The translations under genes and the position numbers were made by a program. Shown here piece after piece: positions 27,606-36,806 of a DNA stretch of 64,000 nucleotides. Within the stretch, counting starts at the first letter, position 1. Every line of letters starts with the position of its first letter. The DNA lies in NCBI GenBank assembly GCA_963662335.2, contig CAXXVD010000005.1:352001-416000 (forward strand), given 5' to 3'. A model generated the notes under the pieces. That model did not search any database and was not told the origin of the DNA. It saw only the letters and a list, made by a program, of their open reading frames with translations. Source of the DNA: Chloroflexota bacterium (lineage in GTDB: Bacteria > Chloroflexota > UBA11872 > VXOZ01).

Positions 27606-29192
27606 ATGTACGACGTAGTGTTCGAAGGCTGCACGGTGGTAGACGGCAGCGGCGGCCGCAGTTTCGTCGCGGACGTTGCCGTTCACGACGGTTCGATCGC
27701 GGCCGTGGGCGCGCTTGCGCACGCGGACGCCCAGCGGCGCGTGCCCGGCGGCGGCAAAGTACTCGCGCCGGGCTTCATCGACATGCACACGCACTCGGAC
27801 CTGCCATTACTTGTGAATAACAGAGCCGAAAGCAAGATTCGCCAGGGCGTTACCACAGAGGTCATTGGCAATTGCGGTTTTGGCCCGGCGCCCCTCACCG
27901 CGATAACGAAGCCGGAAATTCGCGGCATGAGCACTTTCCTCGCCAAGGGGAGCGAAGCTCTAGGGTGGGAATGGCTGACATTCGGCGAATACTTGGACGC
28001 CATGGATCAAAATGGAGCGGCCTTGAACGTCGTGCCGCTCGTCGGCCACGTGCCGATACGCATGGCGGCGATGGGAGTCCAACGACGTCACGCCGAGCCG
28101 GAGGAGATCAAGGCGCAGCAGCAGCACGTCCGCCAATCGTTGGAGGATGGCGCCTTTGGCATGTCGAGTGGTCTCATCTTTCCGCCCAGCTCCTATGCGG
28201 ATACGGAAGAACTGGTCAGCCTTGCCCACGTCTTGCACGAATTCGGCGCGCACTACTTCAGCCACATTCGCGGCGAGGGCGATACGCTCCTGCGCGCCGT
28301 CGCGGAAGCCATTGAGATTGGCGAACGCGCGGATGTATCTGTGGAGATTGCCCACCACAAAGCAACCGGCAAGAATAACTGGGGCAAGGTGCGCGACGCC
28401 ACCATGCAGAGCGAGCGCGCCCAGGACCGCAACGTGAACGTCAACTTCGACGTCTATCCCTACACGGCCGGCAGCGGCGGGTTGGATCAAGTGGTACCAA
28501 ACTGGGCGAAGGAAGGCGGAACGGCAGCCATGCTCGCACGCCTCAAAGACCCGGAGACATACGCCCAATTGCGGCAAGAAGCCGCTGCATCGTTCCGCAC
28601 GTGGGAGAAATTCTATCTGGTTTGGATTGGCAACGATGCCTACAGGCAGTATGAAGGGCAGGAATTCACCGCAATTGGGGAGAGCCTCCAGATGGATCCC
28701 CTTGACGCCGCCTTTCACCTCATCATCGAAAGCCAGAACTCTGCTTCCATGTTGGCATTCTCAACGAGCGAGGAAGACGTGGAATTCATGCTGAAACACC
28801 CGCTCGGCATGGTGGGTTCCGATGGTTCGAGTCTGGCCCCGTACGGTCCCCTCAGCCAGGGAGTGCCGCATCCACGAAACTACGGCACGTATCCCCGGAT
28901 GCTGCAGGTCTACGTGCGCGAGCGCAACGTTTTGTCTTTGGAACAAGCGATTCGCAAAATGTCGGGCGCGTGCGCGGAGAAACTTGGACTGGCTGCAAAG
29001 GGCTTTGTTCGCAGCGGCCTGGATGCCGATCTCGTTCTCTTTGATCCGGTAAACGTCGCGGACAACGCCACGTTTGGCGACCCGCACCAGTACCCATCAG
29101 GTATCGACCTGGTCATGGTGAACGGCGAGATCGTGGTGGAGAACGGCGAGCACACCGGCAAGCTGCCCGGCAGAGTCCTCCGCCGAAACTAA
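27606..29192 (+). CDS. N-acyl-D-amino-acid deacylase (D-aminoacylase)
   Basis: PGFIDMHTHSD, GNCG, SHIRGE, DVYPY.A, GSDG and HPRNYGTYPR motifs. Confidence 0.92.
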   Translation: MYDVVFEGCTVVDGSGGRSFVADVAVHDGSIAAVGALAHADAQRRVPGGGKVLAPGFIDMHTHSDLPLLVNNRAESKIRQGVTTEVIGNCGFGPAPLTAITKPEIRGMSTFLAKGSEALGWEWLTFGEYLDAMDQNGAALNVVPLVGHVPIRMAAMGVQRRHAEPEEIKAQQQHVRQSLEDGAFGMSSGLIFPPSSYADTEELVSLAHVLHEFGAHYFSHIRGEGDTLLRAVAEAIEIGERADVSVEIAHHKATGKNNWGKVRDATMQSERAQDRNVNVNFDVYPYTAGSGGLDQVVPNWAKEGGTAAMLARLKDPETYAQLRQEAAASFRTWEKFYLVWIGNDAYRQYEGQEFTAIGESLQMDPLDAAFHLIIESQNSASMLAFSTSEEDVEFMLKHPLGMVGSDGSSLAPYGPLSQGVPHPRNYGTYPRMLQVYVRERNVLSLEQAIRKMSGACAEKLGLAAKGFVRSGLDADLVLFDPVNVADNATFGDPHQYPSGIDLVMVNGEIVVENGEHTGKLPGRVLRRN

Positions 29193-29252
29193 GCGCCGGT
29201 AACGGCCTCGATGTACTCTGGCCCCGAAGTCACTCGACTCTACTCTTCAACC

Positions 29253-29280
29253 CGTAGCGCGGGGGCTTGTCCCCCGCCTC
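29253..29280. repeat. Solo GTAG-type REP (family C)
   Basis: cgtagcgcgggggcttgtcccccgcctc, the reverse complement of the 21684 units; between convergent genes. Confidence 0.85.
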
Positions 29281-29339
29281 CGGTCGCAATGGGCGAACCT
29301 CCTTGCAGGCTGCGCCGTACTCGCCGCGCGCCCACGCCC

Positions 29340-30080
29340 TCATATGCCGTAGGCCAACCGGTCGCTCAAGGGCCGTGGTAGATTGGCTGCGCGCATCCTC
29401 TGCTGGGTAGCCGCCACGTCGTACGCCACCCGCCGCAGTTGGAACTCGCGGCTGGCGGAGTCGTAGATGCCAAAGGCGGCGTCCGGGTTGCCGTCGCGGG
29501 GTTGGCCGACGCTGCCGGGATTGATGATCATGCGCATGCGGCCATCCAGCGGCAGCGCTTCTTCCGGCTGCGGGACGATGCGGAGCACTTCCACGTTTGG
29601 CCCATGTTCGGCGGCGAGGAACGCGCTCGGCAGGTGGGTATGGCCGACCAAACAGTAGCGCGTTGAGAAGTGCAGGAAACTCCGCCGCGCCTCTGTGGAA
29701 TAGAAGAGATACTCCTCGGTCGGCGCGCGCGGGCTGCCGTGGACGAGGAGGAACTCACCCTCCTGGCGCGTTTCCGGCAGGGCGTGCAGGAATTCCCGCG
29801 TTGACGCGGTGAGCCGCGCCGCCGTCCACCGCGCCGCGTCGGCGGCATGAGGATTGAAGCCGGCGGCTGAGCGCTTCCCGCAAGCGACCCAATCGTGATT
29901 CCCGGCCACCGCCACGAGTGTGTGCCGGCGGAGCGCGTCCACGCACTCGTTTGGATTAGGCCCGTAGCCCACCAGGTCGCCCAGGCACCAAATCCGGTCG
30001 AACGGCGGGGCGGCCGCGAGCACGGCGGAAAGCGCTTCCAGGTTGGCGTGCACGTCGGCGATGATGAGATAGCGCGAAAC
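29340..30080 (-). CDS. Calcineurin-like metallophosphoesterase (start codon non-canonical or uncertain)
   Basis: RYLIIADVHAN, GDLVGYG, GNHD, HGSP, GHTH and NPGSVGQPRDG motifs. Confidence 0.85.
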   Translation of the reverse strand, partial: VSRYLIIADVHANLEALSAVLAAAPPFDRIWCLGDLVGYGPNPNECVDALRRHTLVAVAGNHDWVACGKRSAAGFNPHAADAARWTAARLTASTREFLHALPETRQEGEFLLVHGSPRAPTEEYLFYSTEARRSFLHFSTRYCLVGHTHLPSAFLAAEHGPNVEVLRIVPQPEEALPLDGRMRMIINPGSVGQPRDGNPDAAFGIYDSASREFQLRRVAYDVAATQQRMRAANLPRPLSDRLAYGI

Positions 30081-30127
30081 TGCCGGCTCCTCTATCGCTA
30101 TTCCGCCGCGCCGGGCGGGTCAGGCAA

Positions 30128-30421
30128 CTAGGGAAAGGGTATGAAGTCAATCTCCCGGTCGATGATGTCCATCTCCAGGGCAAGGCCGGTGATGTGGTTC
30201 GTTACCTTGTCCAGCACCGAATTGGCGTGGCGCACGCTCGTGCTGACACAAGTAATGCCGATGACGCACGTGCCCCACACGTCCTGATCGGCCACTTCGC
30301 CAATCGCCACGTTGAACCGCGCCCGCGTGCGGTCAATGATGGCCCGCACGACGCGGCGCTTCTCCTTGAGGGAGTCGCTGGCGTAGAGTTGAAAGGTGAG
30401 TTGGCAAACTCCGATGATCAT
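30128..30421 (-). CDS. DUF503 (YlxP-like) protein
   Basis: MIIGV...SLKEKRRV...RFNV.I.EV..QD.W pattern. Confidence 0.85.
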   Translation of the reverse strand: MIIGVCQLTFQLYASDSLKEKRRVVRAIIDRTRARFNVAIGEVADQDVWGTCVIGITCVSTSVRHANSVLDKVTNHITGLALEMDIIDREIDFIPFP

Positions 30422-30507
30422 TGCGGCAACGACGGTCACTGGGAGACGGCTCTGCAATGTGCGGCGCGCACATAAGCGAACGGCGCCGACACTGCAACAA
30501 ACTGGGG

Positions 30508-30581
30508 TCGGGGTGCCCGGATTTGAACCGGGGTCCTCATGGACCCAAACCATGCGCGCTGCCAGACTGCGCCACACCCCG
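30508..30581 (-). tRNA. tRNA-Pro(TGG)
   Basis: CGGGGTG/CACCCCG acceptor stem, TGGCGCAG..TGG D-arm, CATGG-TTTGGGT-CCATG anticodon arm, GGTTCAAATCC T-loop. Confidence 0.93.
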
Positions 30582-30640
30582 TGCGAAAGCTCTACTAACT
30601 CAAAACAATCTAAGCCGCAATAAAGCCCGCCTTGCGCGGA

Positions 30641-30943
30641 CTACGGCGAGAACTGACCAGTAAAGAGCGCCAGCAGGAAGCCCAGGATTGCCACTGTCAG
30701 CGCGGCCGCAATTGCCACGTACGCGCCAACGTACAGTCGCATCCGCAACTCCAACTCCCGTAGGTCGGCCTTGGTCGCCATGTCGGCAATATCGGCCTTG
30801 GTCGCCATGTCCGCAATATCGGCTTTGGTCGCCAACGCGCCGTAGCCGCCACTGCCAACGTCTATCAGCGCCTGCGCTTGGCGTTTCGAAAAGCCTGGCG
30901 CCATGAGCGCTTGAAACGCCTGGTGCGTATTGAAGACCGCCAC
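30641..30943 (-). CDS. DUF1640/CCDC90-like small coiled-coil membrane protein
   Basis: FNTH......L...GF...QA head, (ATKADIADM)x2-ATKADL and a C-terminal TM; 27-bp internal repeats. Confidence 0.65.
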   Translation of the reverse strand: MAVFNTHQAFQALMAPGFSKRQAQALIDVGSGGYGALATKADIADMATKADIADMATKADLRELELRMRLYVGAYVAIAAALTVAILGFLLALFTGQFSP

Positions 30944-30964
30944 GTTCCGCTCCCTTCACGTCTC

Positions 30965-30994
30965 ATTCTACGCAGGCGCAAAGCCGCCGGTCAA
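30965..30994 (-). promoter_or_regulatory. Sigma70-type promoter
   Basis: Minus strand TTGACC-18 bp-TAGAAT upstream of the DUF1640-like gene. Confidence 0.5.
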
Positions 30995-31029
30995 CCGGAT
31001 TGAGTCTCGCCGAGACAAACACAAACAGA

Positions 31030-31063
31030 GAAGAGGCGCAGGCTCTATCGCCCGCGCCTCTTC
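31030..31063 (-). terminator. Intrinsic terminator of binding protein 3
   Basis: gaagaggcgc/gcgcctcttc stem followed by a T-rich tract on the minus strand. Confidence 0.6.
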
Positions 31064-31085
31064 GCCCCAAAGCTAAGGAATAGCC

Positions 31086-32486
31086 CTAGCCGCTCATTAC
31101 GCTATCGAGCTCGGCCTGCTGGGTCGTCGCCAGCGTCTTGAGTCCCTCTTCGGCCGTGATCTGCTCCTGCAAGACCTGGGCCGCGACATCCAGGTACGCC
31201 CGGCGATAGTCGCCCGCCGTCGCGATCGGCGGCCAGTACGTCTCGCCTCTTTCAGCCAGCGCCAGGAAGACGTCAACGTACGGCACGATGCGGTTATCCG
31301 CGCCGACTTTCGCGATGTAGCCTTCCTTGAACTCGCCCAACTGGGCAATCACGCACGGGCCGTTCAGGGTCTCGTAGCCCATCTTGCCGGAGTTGTCGAT
31401 GAACATCCACTTGTCGAATGCCCACGCTTCATCCGGGTTGGCGGCGTTGACCGGAATGGCGTACATCCAGCCCTGCACCGAGTTGAAGCGGATGCCTTCT
31501 TCCGCGCCCTCGACCGTCGGCGGCAGGCCGATGCCATAGGGCAAGCCCTCGCCATTGGCATCCAGGCGGTCCTGCGCCCAGAAGCCGCTCGAGAAGAAGG
31601 CCAGGTTGCCGGTATACCACGGATATGCCGCGTGGTAGTAGCTGCCGGCTTCACCGTGGAACTCGTTGATGGCCTCGTAGCCGCCCTGCTTCTTGGTCAA
31701 GTCTGCCAACCAATTGAGCGCCTCGATGTTCGCGGGATGATCCGGCGTCACCTTGCCGGTCTCGTAGTTGTAGAACTCGCCGCCAAAGAGGAAGGCAAGC
31801 CGTTCCCGGCCGAAACTCCGCCAGTTCCAACCCAGGTGGCTGATCTTGCCGCCTTCATTGCGATGGAGCTTGAGCGAGATCTCCTCCGTGTCCTCGAAGG
31901 TGTTCAGCGGCACTTCCGGATCTTCGCCAAACGCCAGGTACATGTCCTTGTTCCAGAAGTAGACCACCCAGTCCGCGCCGCCCGGCACCGCGTAGAGTTG
32001 GCCGTTCAGGGAACTATCGTCCCACATGGCCTTGGTGAATTCCTCGCGGGTGTGGCCGGCGGCCTTCATGTACTCATCCAGCGGGCGAATGAGTTGATTG
32101 AACATGAACGGCCCCTGAAACACCCAGTTGGTGTAGTGGGTGTCCGGCGGGGAGCCGGCCGCGATCGCGGCAATCAGTTTGGCCTCGATGTCGCTGATGA
32201 ACTGCCAGTCCAGCGCGATGCCGGTATCGGCCTCGAAGGCCGGGCCGTACGCGCCCATGATGGTGGAATACGGCTCGCCCCAGGCGGCGTTCCACGCCAC
32301 AACCGTGACTTGCTCTTTCGTCTGCTCTTCCGCGGCGGGCTTGGCCTCTTCCGCCGGGGCTTCAGCTTCTTCCTCAGCAGCCGGGGCCGCGGCCGCGCCG
32401 CACGCCGCCAGCACTACGGCCGTAGCGCCGCCGCCAGCAATAGCGAGAAATCTGCGTCGAGTGACGTCTACGTCAAGTCTTCGCAT
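31086..32486 (-). CDS. ABC solute-binding protein (family 1), Tat lipoprotein
   Basis: TRRRFL, VLAAC, AEE linker, AG.PPD, G.LYAVP and WNKDM motifs. Confidence 0.85.
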   Translation of the reverse strand: MRRLDVDVTRRRFLAIAGGGATAVVLAACGAAAAPAAEEEAEAPAEEAKPAAEEQTKEQVTVVAWNAAWGEPYSTIMGAYGPAFEADTGIALDWQFISDIEAKLIAAIAAGSPPDTHYTNWVFQGPFMFNQLIRPLDEYMKAAGHTREEFTKAMWDDSSLNGQLYAVPGGADWVVYFWNKDMYLAFGEDPEVPLNTFEDTEEISLKLHRNEGGKISHLGWNWRSFGRERLAFLFGGEFYNYETGKVTPDHPANIEALNWLADLTKKQGGYEAINEFHGEAGSYYHAAYPWYTGNLAFFSSGFWAQDRLDANGEGLPYGIGLPPTVEGAEEGIRFNSVQGWMYAIPVNAANPDEAWAFDKWMFIDNSGKMGYETLNGPCVIAQLGEFKEGYIAKVGADNRIVPYVDVFLALAERGETYWPPIATAGDYRRAYLDVAAQVLQEQITAEEGLKTLATTQQAELDSVMSG

Positions 32487-32569
32487 GAGATGCTCTCCTT
32501 CTCAAGATGCGACTCTCCTGACACACACGCGCACGCAAGCCATACCACCAAGCTCGCGTTGCTGTCACT

Positions 32570-32598
32570 AACCTAGCACTCACAGCCTATCGTGTCAA
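32570..32598 (-). promoter_or_regulatory. Sigma70-type promoter for binding protein 3
   Basis: Minus strand TTGACA-17 bp-TAGGTT with an upstream TG. Confidence 0.5.
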
Positions 32599-32725
32599 AT
32601 CGTTCTGCCGCCGTCCTCGCGTCCCTGCCCGCCATTCCGCGCGGGAAGAAGCCCCCTGTCTCTTACCGCGCGCAAGGCTGCTATAGTAGAGCGAGTGGCA
32701 CGTGCCAGCAGAGGAGGTTCCCAGG

Positions 32726-34741
32726 GTGCCGCGCGCGCTCACCATCGGCAACGGCAGCATGCTCGTCAACTTCGACGAGCGCTACCGCATCCGCGATCTC
32801 TACTACCCCAACGTCGGCGCCGACAATCACTTGGCGGCGCGGCCCTCCCGCGTCGGTGTGTGGGTTGACGACCAGTTCTCCTGGTTCGGCGACTCCGGCT
32901 GGGAGATAACCCCCGGCTATCAAGCGTACTCCTTAGTTGCCCAGGCCAAGGCCGTGCACCCGCACCTCGGCATCGAAATCGCGTTCACGGACTGTCTGGA
33001 CTTCGTGCGCAATTTCCTCCTGCGGCAGCTTCGCGTCACGAACACAGCGTCCGCGACGACGTCGACGTCTGCGACGAAGTCGGCGGACCCGGCCCGCGAA
33101 ATTCGCCTCTACTTTCAGTACGAGTGGGAACTCTGGGGCCCGGACATCGGCGATACCGTCTTCTACCACCCGCCTACCCAGGCGCTCATCGCATATAAAG
33201 GGCAGCGTTTCTTTCTGATGAACGTCATGACCGGCGACAAGCCGGGCATCACGGATTGGGCGACCGGCGTCTACACTACGGAGGGCGCGCAAGGGTCGTG
33301 GCAAGACGCGGAAGACGGCTGGCTTTCGCAAAACGCCGTCTCGCGCGGCGACGTGGACTGCGTGGGCATGTTGTCCCTGGGGCGCGTGCCGGCGGGAGAG
33401 ACCCGCACCGGCTACCACTGGCTCGCGGCCAACACCAGCCTCGACGCCGTGCTGGACGACAACCGCCTCATTCGCTTCCGCACGCCGGATAGCTTCATCC
33501 ACCGCACGCAGGAATACTGGTCGTTCTGGGTGCGCAAGCACCGCACCCCCAAGCCGGAGATTCCGCAAGAGACGTGGGACCTCTACCACCGGAGTCTGCT
33601 CACCTTGCGGACGCAGGTGGACAACACCGGGGCCATTATCGCGGGCAGCGATCCCGACGTAGCCCGCACAACCGGCGATACCTATAGCTACCTCTTCCCC
33701 CGCGTGGGGGCGCTGGCCGCGGTGGCGCTGGACCGGGCCGGCTTCACGGACCTCACACGCCACTTCTACGAGTTCTGCGGCCAGTTGCCCACCGCCGACG
33801 GCTATCTCTTCTCCAAGTACACCACGTTTGGCGCGGTGGGCAGCCTGGATCATGCCTGGGTCGCGCCGGACGGCAGGGAGACGCTGCCGGTCGCCGCCGA
33901 CAATACGGCAACGCTGCTCTGGGCGCTGGGCGAGCATTTCACCTTGGATCGCGACTTCGACTTCGTGCGCGCGCTTTACGCCGACCTGGTGCAACCGGCG
34001 CTTGACTTTCTCCTCAGCCACCGCAACCCGGAAACCGGCTTGCCGCTCCCTTCCTTCGACCTTTGGGAAGAAACGTACGGCCTCCATGCGTACACGCTGG
34101 CAGCCACCTGGGCCGGACTGCGGGCCGCCTGCATGTTCACGGCGGCCTTCGGCCAGCCGGAACTCACACGCGCCGCGCAGGAGGCCGCTGAGCAGATTCA
34201 CCGCCAGTTCGACACGCTCTTCTATGATGAGGAAACCGGGCGCTACGTTACGCGCGTGCGCCTCTACGGCAATCGCGAGCCCATCCCGGACCTGACCCTG
34301 GATGCCAGTATCGCCGGTCTCTACCTCTTCGGCATGATACCGGCCGCGGCTGAGCGCATGCGGCGCACCATGGCGGCCGTGCGCCAACAGCTTTGGTGCC
34401 ACACGGAAGTCGGCGGCCTAGCGCGGTTCGAGAACGATCGCTACCACCAGGTGAGCACGGACGTGGGCAACGTGCCCGGCAACCCGTGGGTCGTGACGAC
34501 CATGTGGCTCTGCCGGTGGCACGCCGCGCAGGCCCAGTCCCTGGCGGACTTGAAGCCGGCCGCAGAACTCTTGCGGTGGGCGCAAGGCCATGCGCGCGCC
34601 ACCGGCATGCTCGCCGAGCAAATCCACCCCTACACCCACGCGCCGCTCTCGGTAACGCCGTACACGTGGAGCCACGCCGAATTCCTGCTGGCAGTGCAGG
34701 CGTACATCCGCCGCCTGCGTGAGCTTGCGAGTGGAGATTAG
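32726..34741 (+). CDS. Glycoside hydrolase family 15 (glucoamylase-like) protein
   Basis: PR.L.IGNG...V.FD....RDLYYP.VG, DLWEE, GNPW, MLAEQ and TWSHA motifs; GAGGAGG RBS. Confidence 0.85.
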   Translation: MPRALTIGNGSMLVNFDERYRIRDLYYPNVGADNHLAARPSRVGVWVDDQFSWFGDSGWEITPGYQAYSLVAQAKAVHPHLGIEIAFTDCLDFVRNFLLRQLRVTNTASATTSTSATKSADPAREIRLYFQYEWELWGPDIGDTVFYHPPTQALIAYKGQRFFLMNVMTGDKPGITDWATGVYTTEGAQGSWQDAEDGWLSQNAVSRGDVDCVGMLSLGRVPAGETRTGYHWLAANTSLDAVLDDNRLIRFRTPDSFIHRTQEYWSFWVRKHRTPKPEIPQETWDLYHRSLLTLRTQVDNTGAIIAGSDPDVARTTGDTYSYLFPRVGALAAVALDRAGFTDLTRHFYEFCGQLPTADGYLFSKYTTFGAVGSLDHAWVAPDGRETLPVAADNTATLLWALGEHFTLDRDFDFVRALYADLVQPALDFLLSHRNPETGLPLPSFDLWEETYGLHAYTLAATWAGLRAACMFTAAFGQPELTRAAQEAAEQIHRQFDTLFYDEETGRYVTRVRLYGNREPIPDLTLDASIAGLYLFGMIPAAAERMRRTMAAVRQQLWCHTEVGGLARFENDRYHQVSTDVGNVPGNPWVVTTMWLCRWHAAQAQSLADLKPAAELLRWAQGHARATGMLAEQIHPYTHAPLSVTPYTWSHAEFLLAVQAYIRRLRELASGD

Positions 34742-34781
34742 CGGGCGTTAGCGGGCGCGGGCGGCATTGCGGGGAATGTGG

Positions 34782-36806
34782 CTATTCACCGTCGCCGCTC
34801 GCAACCGGCGCCAGGCGCACGTGGAAGCGGGCGGCCTCTGTCGTCACCGGCGTCGCGCCGCTCACCATCAGGGCGGCCCGCTGCACCTCATCACCGTAGC
34901 CGCTCAACGAAAACGAGACTCCCACCCCGTCCTGCCCGATGAGCATTGCGCGCTCCACGGTTGGCAGGCCGTCTGAATACCGCACCAATTGCACGATGAA
35001 GTACTGGGGCAGGACGCCGTCTGTGCGGAAGAAGCCCCGCGCCTCCCACCTGCCGTCGGTCTCGGCGTCGTCGCTGAAGCCGATGCCGCTAATCGCCAGG
35101 TCGTCCACCAGGAAACCCACGCCGTTCACGGCGTCATCGGTGACGTACTCCAGACGCAGCAGTATCTGCTTGCCCGCGTACGCGCCGAGATCGATCTCTT
35201 CTTCGATCCACTGCGGACGCTCCCCGCCCCCGCTCGCGCCGGTGAAGCCGTGGCCGAGGTTGTTGCCGTTCGGATTCTCAGTGGTCGTGGTCGCGCCCGG
35301 CAGTGTGGCCCACGTCTCGCCGCCGTCGGTGGAGACCGCCACGTAGGCGTAGTCGAAGTCCGGTTCGATGTCGTACCACGTGCGAAACCGCAGCACCGGC
35401 GCGGCCGCATTGCGCAGATCGAATGCGCCCGTGAGCGAGGTGTCCGCCATGTCGGAGCGATTGCTCCACCACACGTGTGTGCCGCTGGGGGCAGTGGTAG
35501 TGAAGAGCCGCACCTGGGGCGCGCCTGCGAACTCCAACGTATAGTCGCCGTGCGGCACGCGCAGGTCGACGTATTGCGTCCCGAATTGCTTGACCGTAAG
35601 GTCGCTATCGAACGTTTGCTTGCGCACGACGTGCTGGGGGCGCACGTCGGGGAGCCGGACGTCATAAGCGTACGCGCCGTCGGCCACGCGCCGGTCGTCT
35701 ATGTAGTTGGCCGCCGTCCAATCCGCAAAGACATCGTAGAACGTGGCAGCGTACCCCTCCTGGGCCAGGTAGGCGTCGACGGACGCCTGGCCGCGCAACG
35801 GCAGCGCAATCAAGGTCTTGAGCTTCTCGTGGCCGCCGTAGTGCTGCGCAAGGTACTCCATAAAGAGGTAGGCCGCCGCATAGTGGGGATACGCGGCACT
35901 CGGGTCGTCGCTCCAGGACGTAAGCTGCACGTCCGGATTCTCCGCGAACCAGTCGGCAAGCGCGCCGACGCCGTAGCCGCAGAGCCGCGACGCGACCACG
36001 GCGGCCCCTTCGTTGAGCCACGTCTCCTGGGGCGCGTTCTGGTTCCAGTGCACCATGTGCTGAAACTCGTGGCAGAGCGTAGACAGGTAGTAGTCGGCCC
36101 CGAGACTGTGCCCCCTGGCGCCAACGTTGATGTAGAACATCTCCCGCTCGTTGCTGAACGGATTCACCGCGCTCGGAAACTGGTCCGCCGAGGAGTAGTA
36201 GCCGCCAAAGCCGGGGATGCGCGCGTTCAGCACCGTTATGCGCGGATCGTTGTCCACGCCCGGCGACCACTCGGAACCGAAATACCGTCTGATGGTGGGG
36301 TAGATATTCTCTTCGAAAACGCGCAGTGTCTTCTCGATGTCGGCTTGGCGTACGTCCAGGCCCTCCTGAACGTACATGTAGAGGTGTTCCGACTTGCCGC
36401 GCAGCACCGCCGAAATCTGGTAGTACGTATCGTTCTCATCGTCCGCAAGCCAGAACGTGTCCACGCTTTCCAGCGCATAGTCGGGCCGCTCGGCGTTGAC
36501 CACCCGCGCGACGTTGCCCGCCAATCCCTTGTAGCGCCTGCCTAAATCGAAGAGATCGCGCTCAGGCTTTTCGGTAGCAAGCAGACGTTCGAGCGTCCGC
36601 TCCGCCTGTGCCGCCGCGACGAGCGGCTGGTAGGGGCCGCCCGCGCGTTCGCTCCCGGCACTCTCTCCGCCGCCAGGATAGAGCGGCTCCAAGGCGGAAT
36701 CCGTTTGGCCGCAGGCGGCGCTGAACAGCGCTGCCAGCAGCGCGAGGGCAATCAGCAGAGCGGTAAGCCGCCGGCGGCTCGCGTGTCCGATGGCGTCAGC
36801 TTTCAT
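34782..36806 (-). CDS. Secreted or lipoprotein zinc metallopeptidase (immune inhibitor A/M6-M30-like)
   Basis: Signal with LFSAAC lipobox, HEFQH, WLNEG and a C-terminal DIE..FDY.YV.VS.DGG..W domain. Confidence 0.8.
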   Translation of the reverse strand: MKADAIGHASRRRLTALLIALALLAALFSAACGQTDSALEPLYPGGGESAGSERAGGPYQPLVAAAQAERTLERLLATEKPERDLFDLGRRYKGLAGNVARVVNAERPDYALESVDTFWLADDENDTYYQISAVLRGKSEHLYMYVQEGLDVRQADIEKTLRVFEENIYPTIRRYFGSEWSPGVDNDPRITVLNARIPGFGGYYSSADQFPSAVNPFSNEREMFYINVGARGHSLGADYYLSTLCHEFQHMVHWNQNAPQETWLNEGAAVVASRLCGYGVGALADWFAENPDVQLTSWSDDPSAAYPHYAAAYLFMEYLAQHYGGHEKLKTLIALPLRGQASVDAYLAQEGYAATFYDVFADWTAANYIDDRRVADGAYAYDVRLPDVRPQHVVRKQTFDSDLTVKQFGTQYVDLRVPHGDYTLEFAGAPQVRLFTTTAPSGTHVWWSNRSDMADTSLTGAFDLRNAAAPVLRFRTWYDIEPDFDYAYVAVSTDGGETWATLPGATTTTENPNGNNLGHGFTGASGGGERPQWIEEEIDLGAYAGKQILLRLEYVTDDAVNGVGFLVDDLAISGIGFSDDAETDGRWEARGFFRTDGVLPQYFIVQLVRYSDGLPTVERAMLIGQDGVGVSFSLSGYGDEVQRAALMVSGATPVTTEAARFHVRLAPVASGDGE

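Noticed and set aside
9991-31010. TGAGTCTC/GAGACTCA near the 3' ends of all three binding-protein genes
   Set aside because: Orientation and position are inconsistent, and the 8-mer also occurs inside a coding region (about 25893), so chance is plausible.
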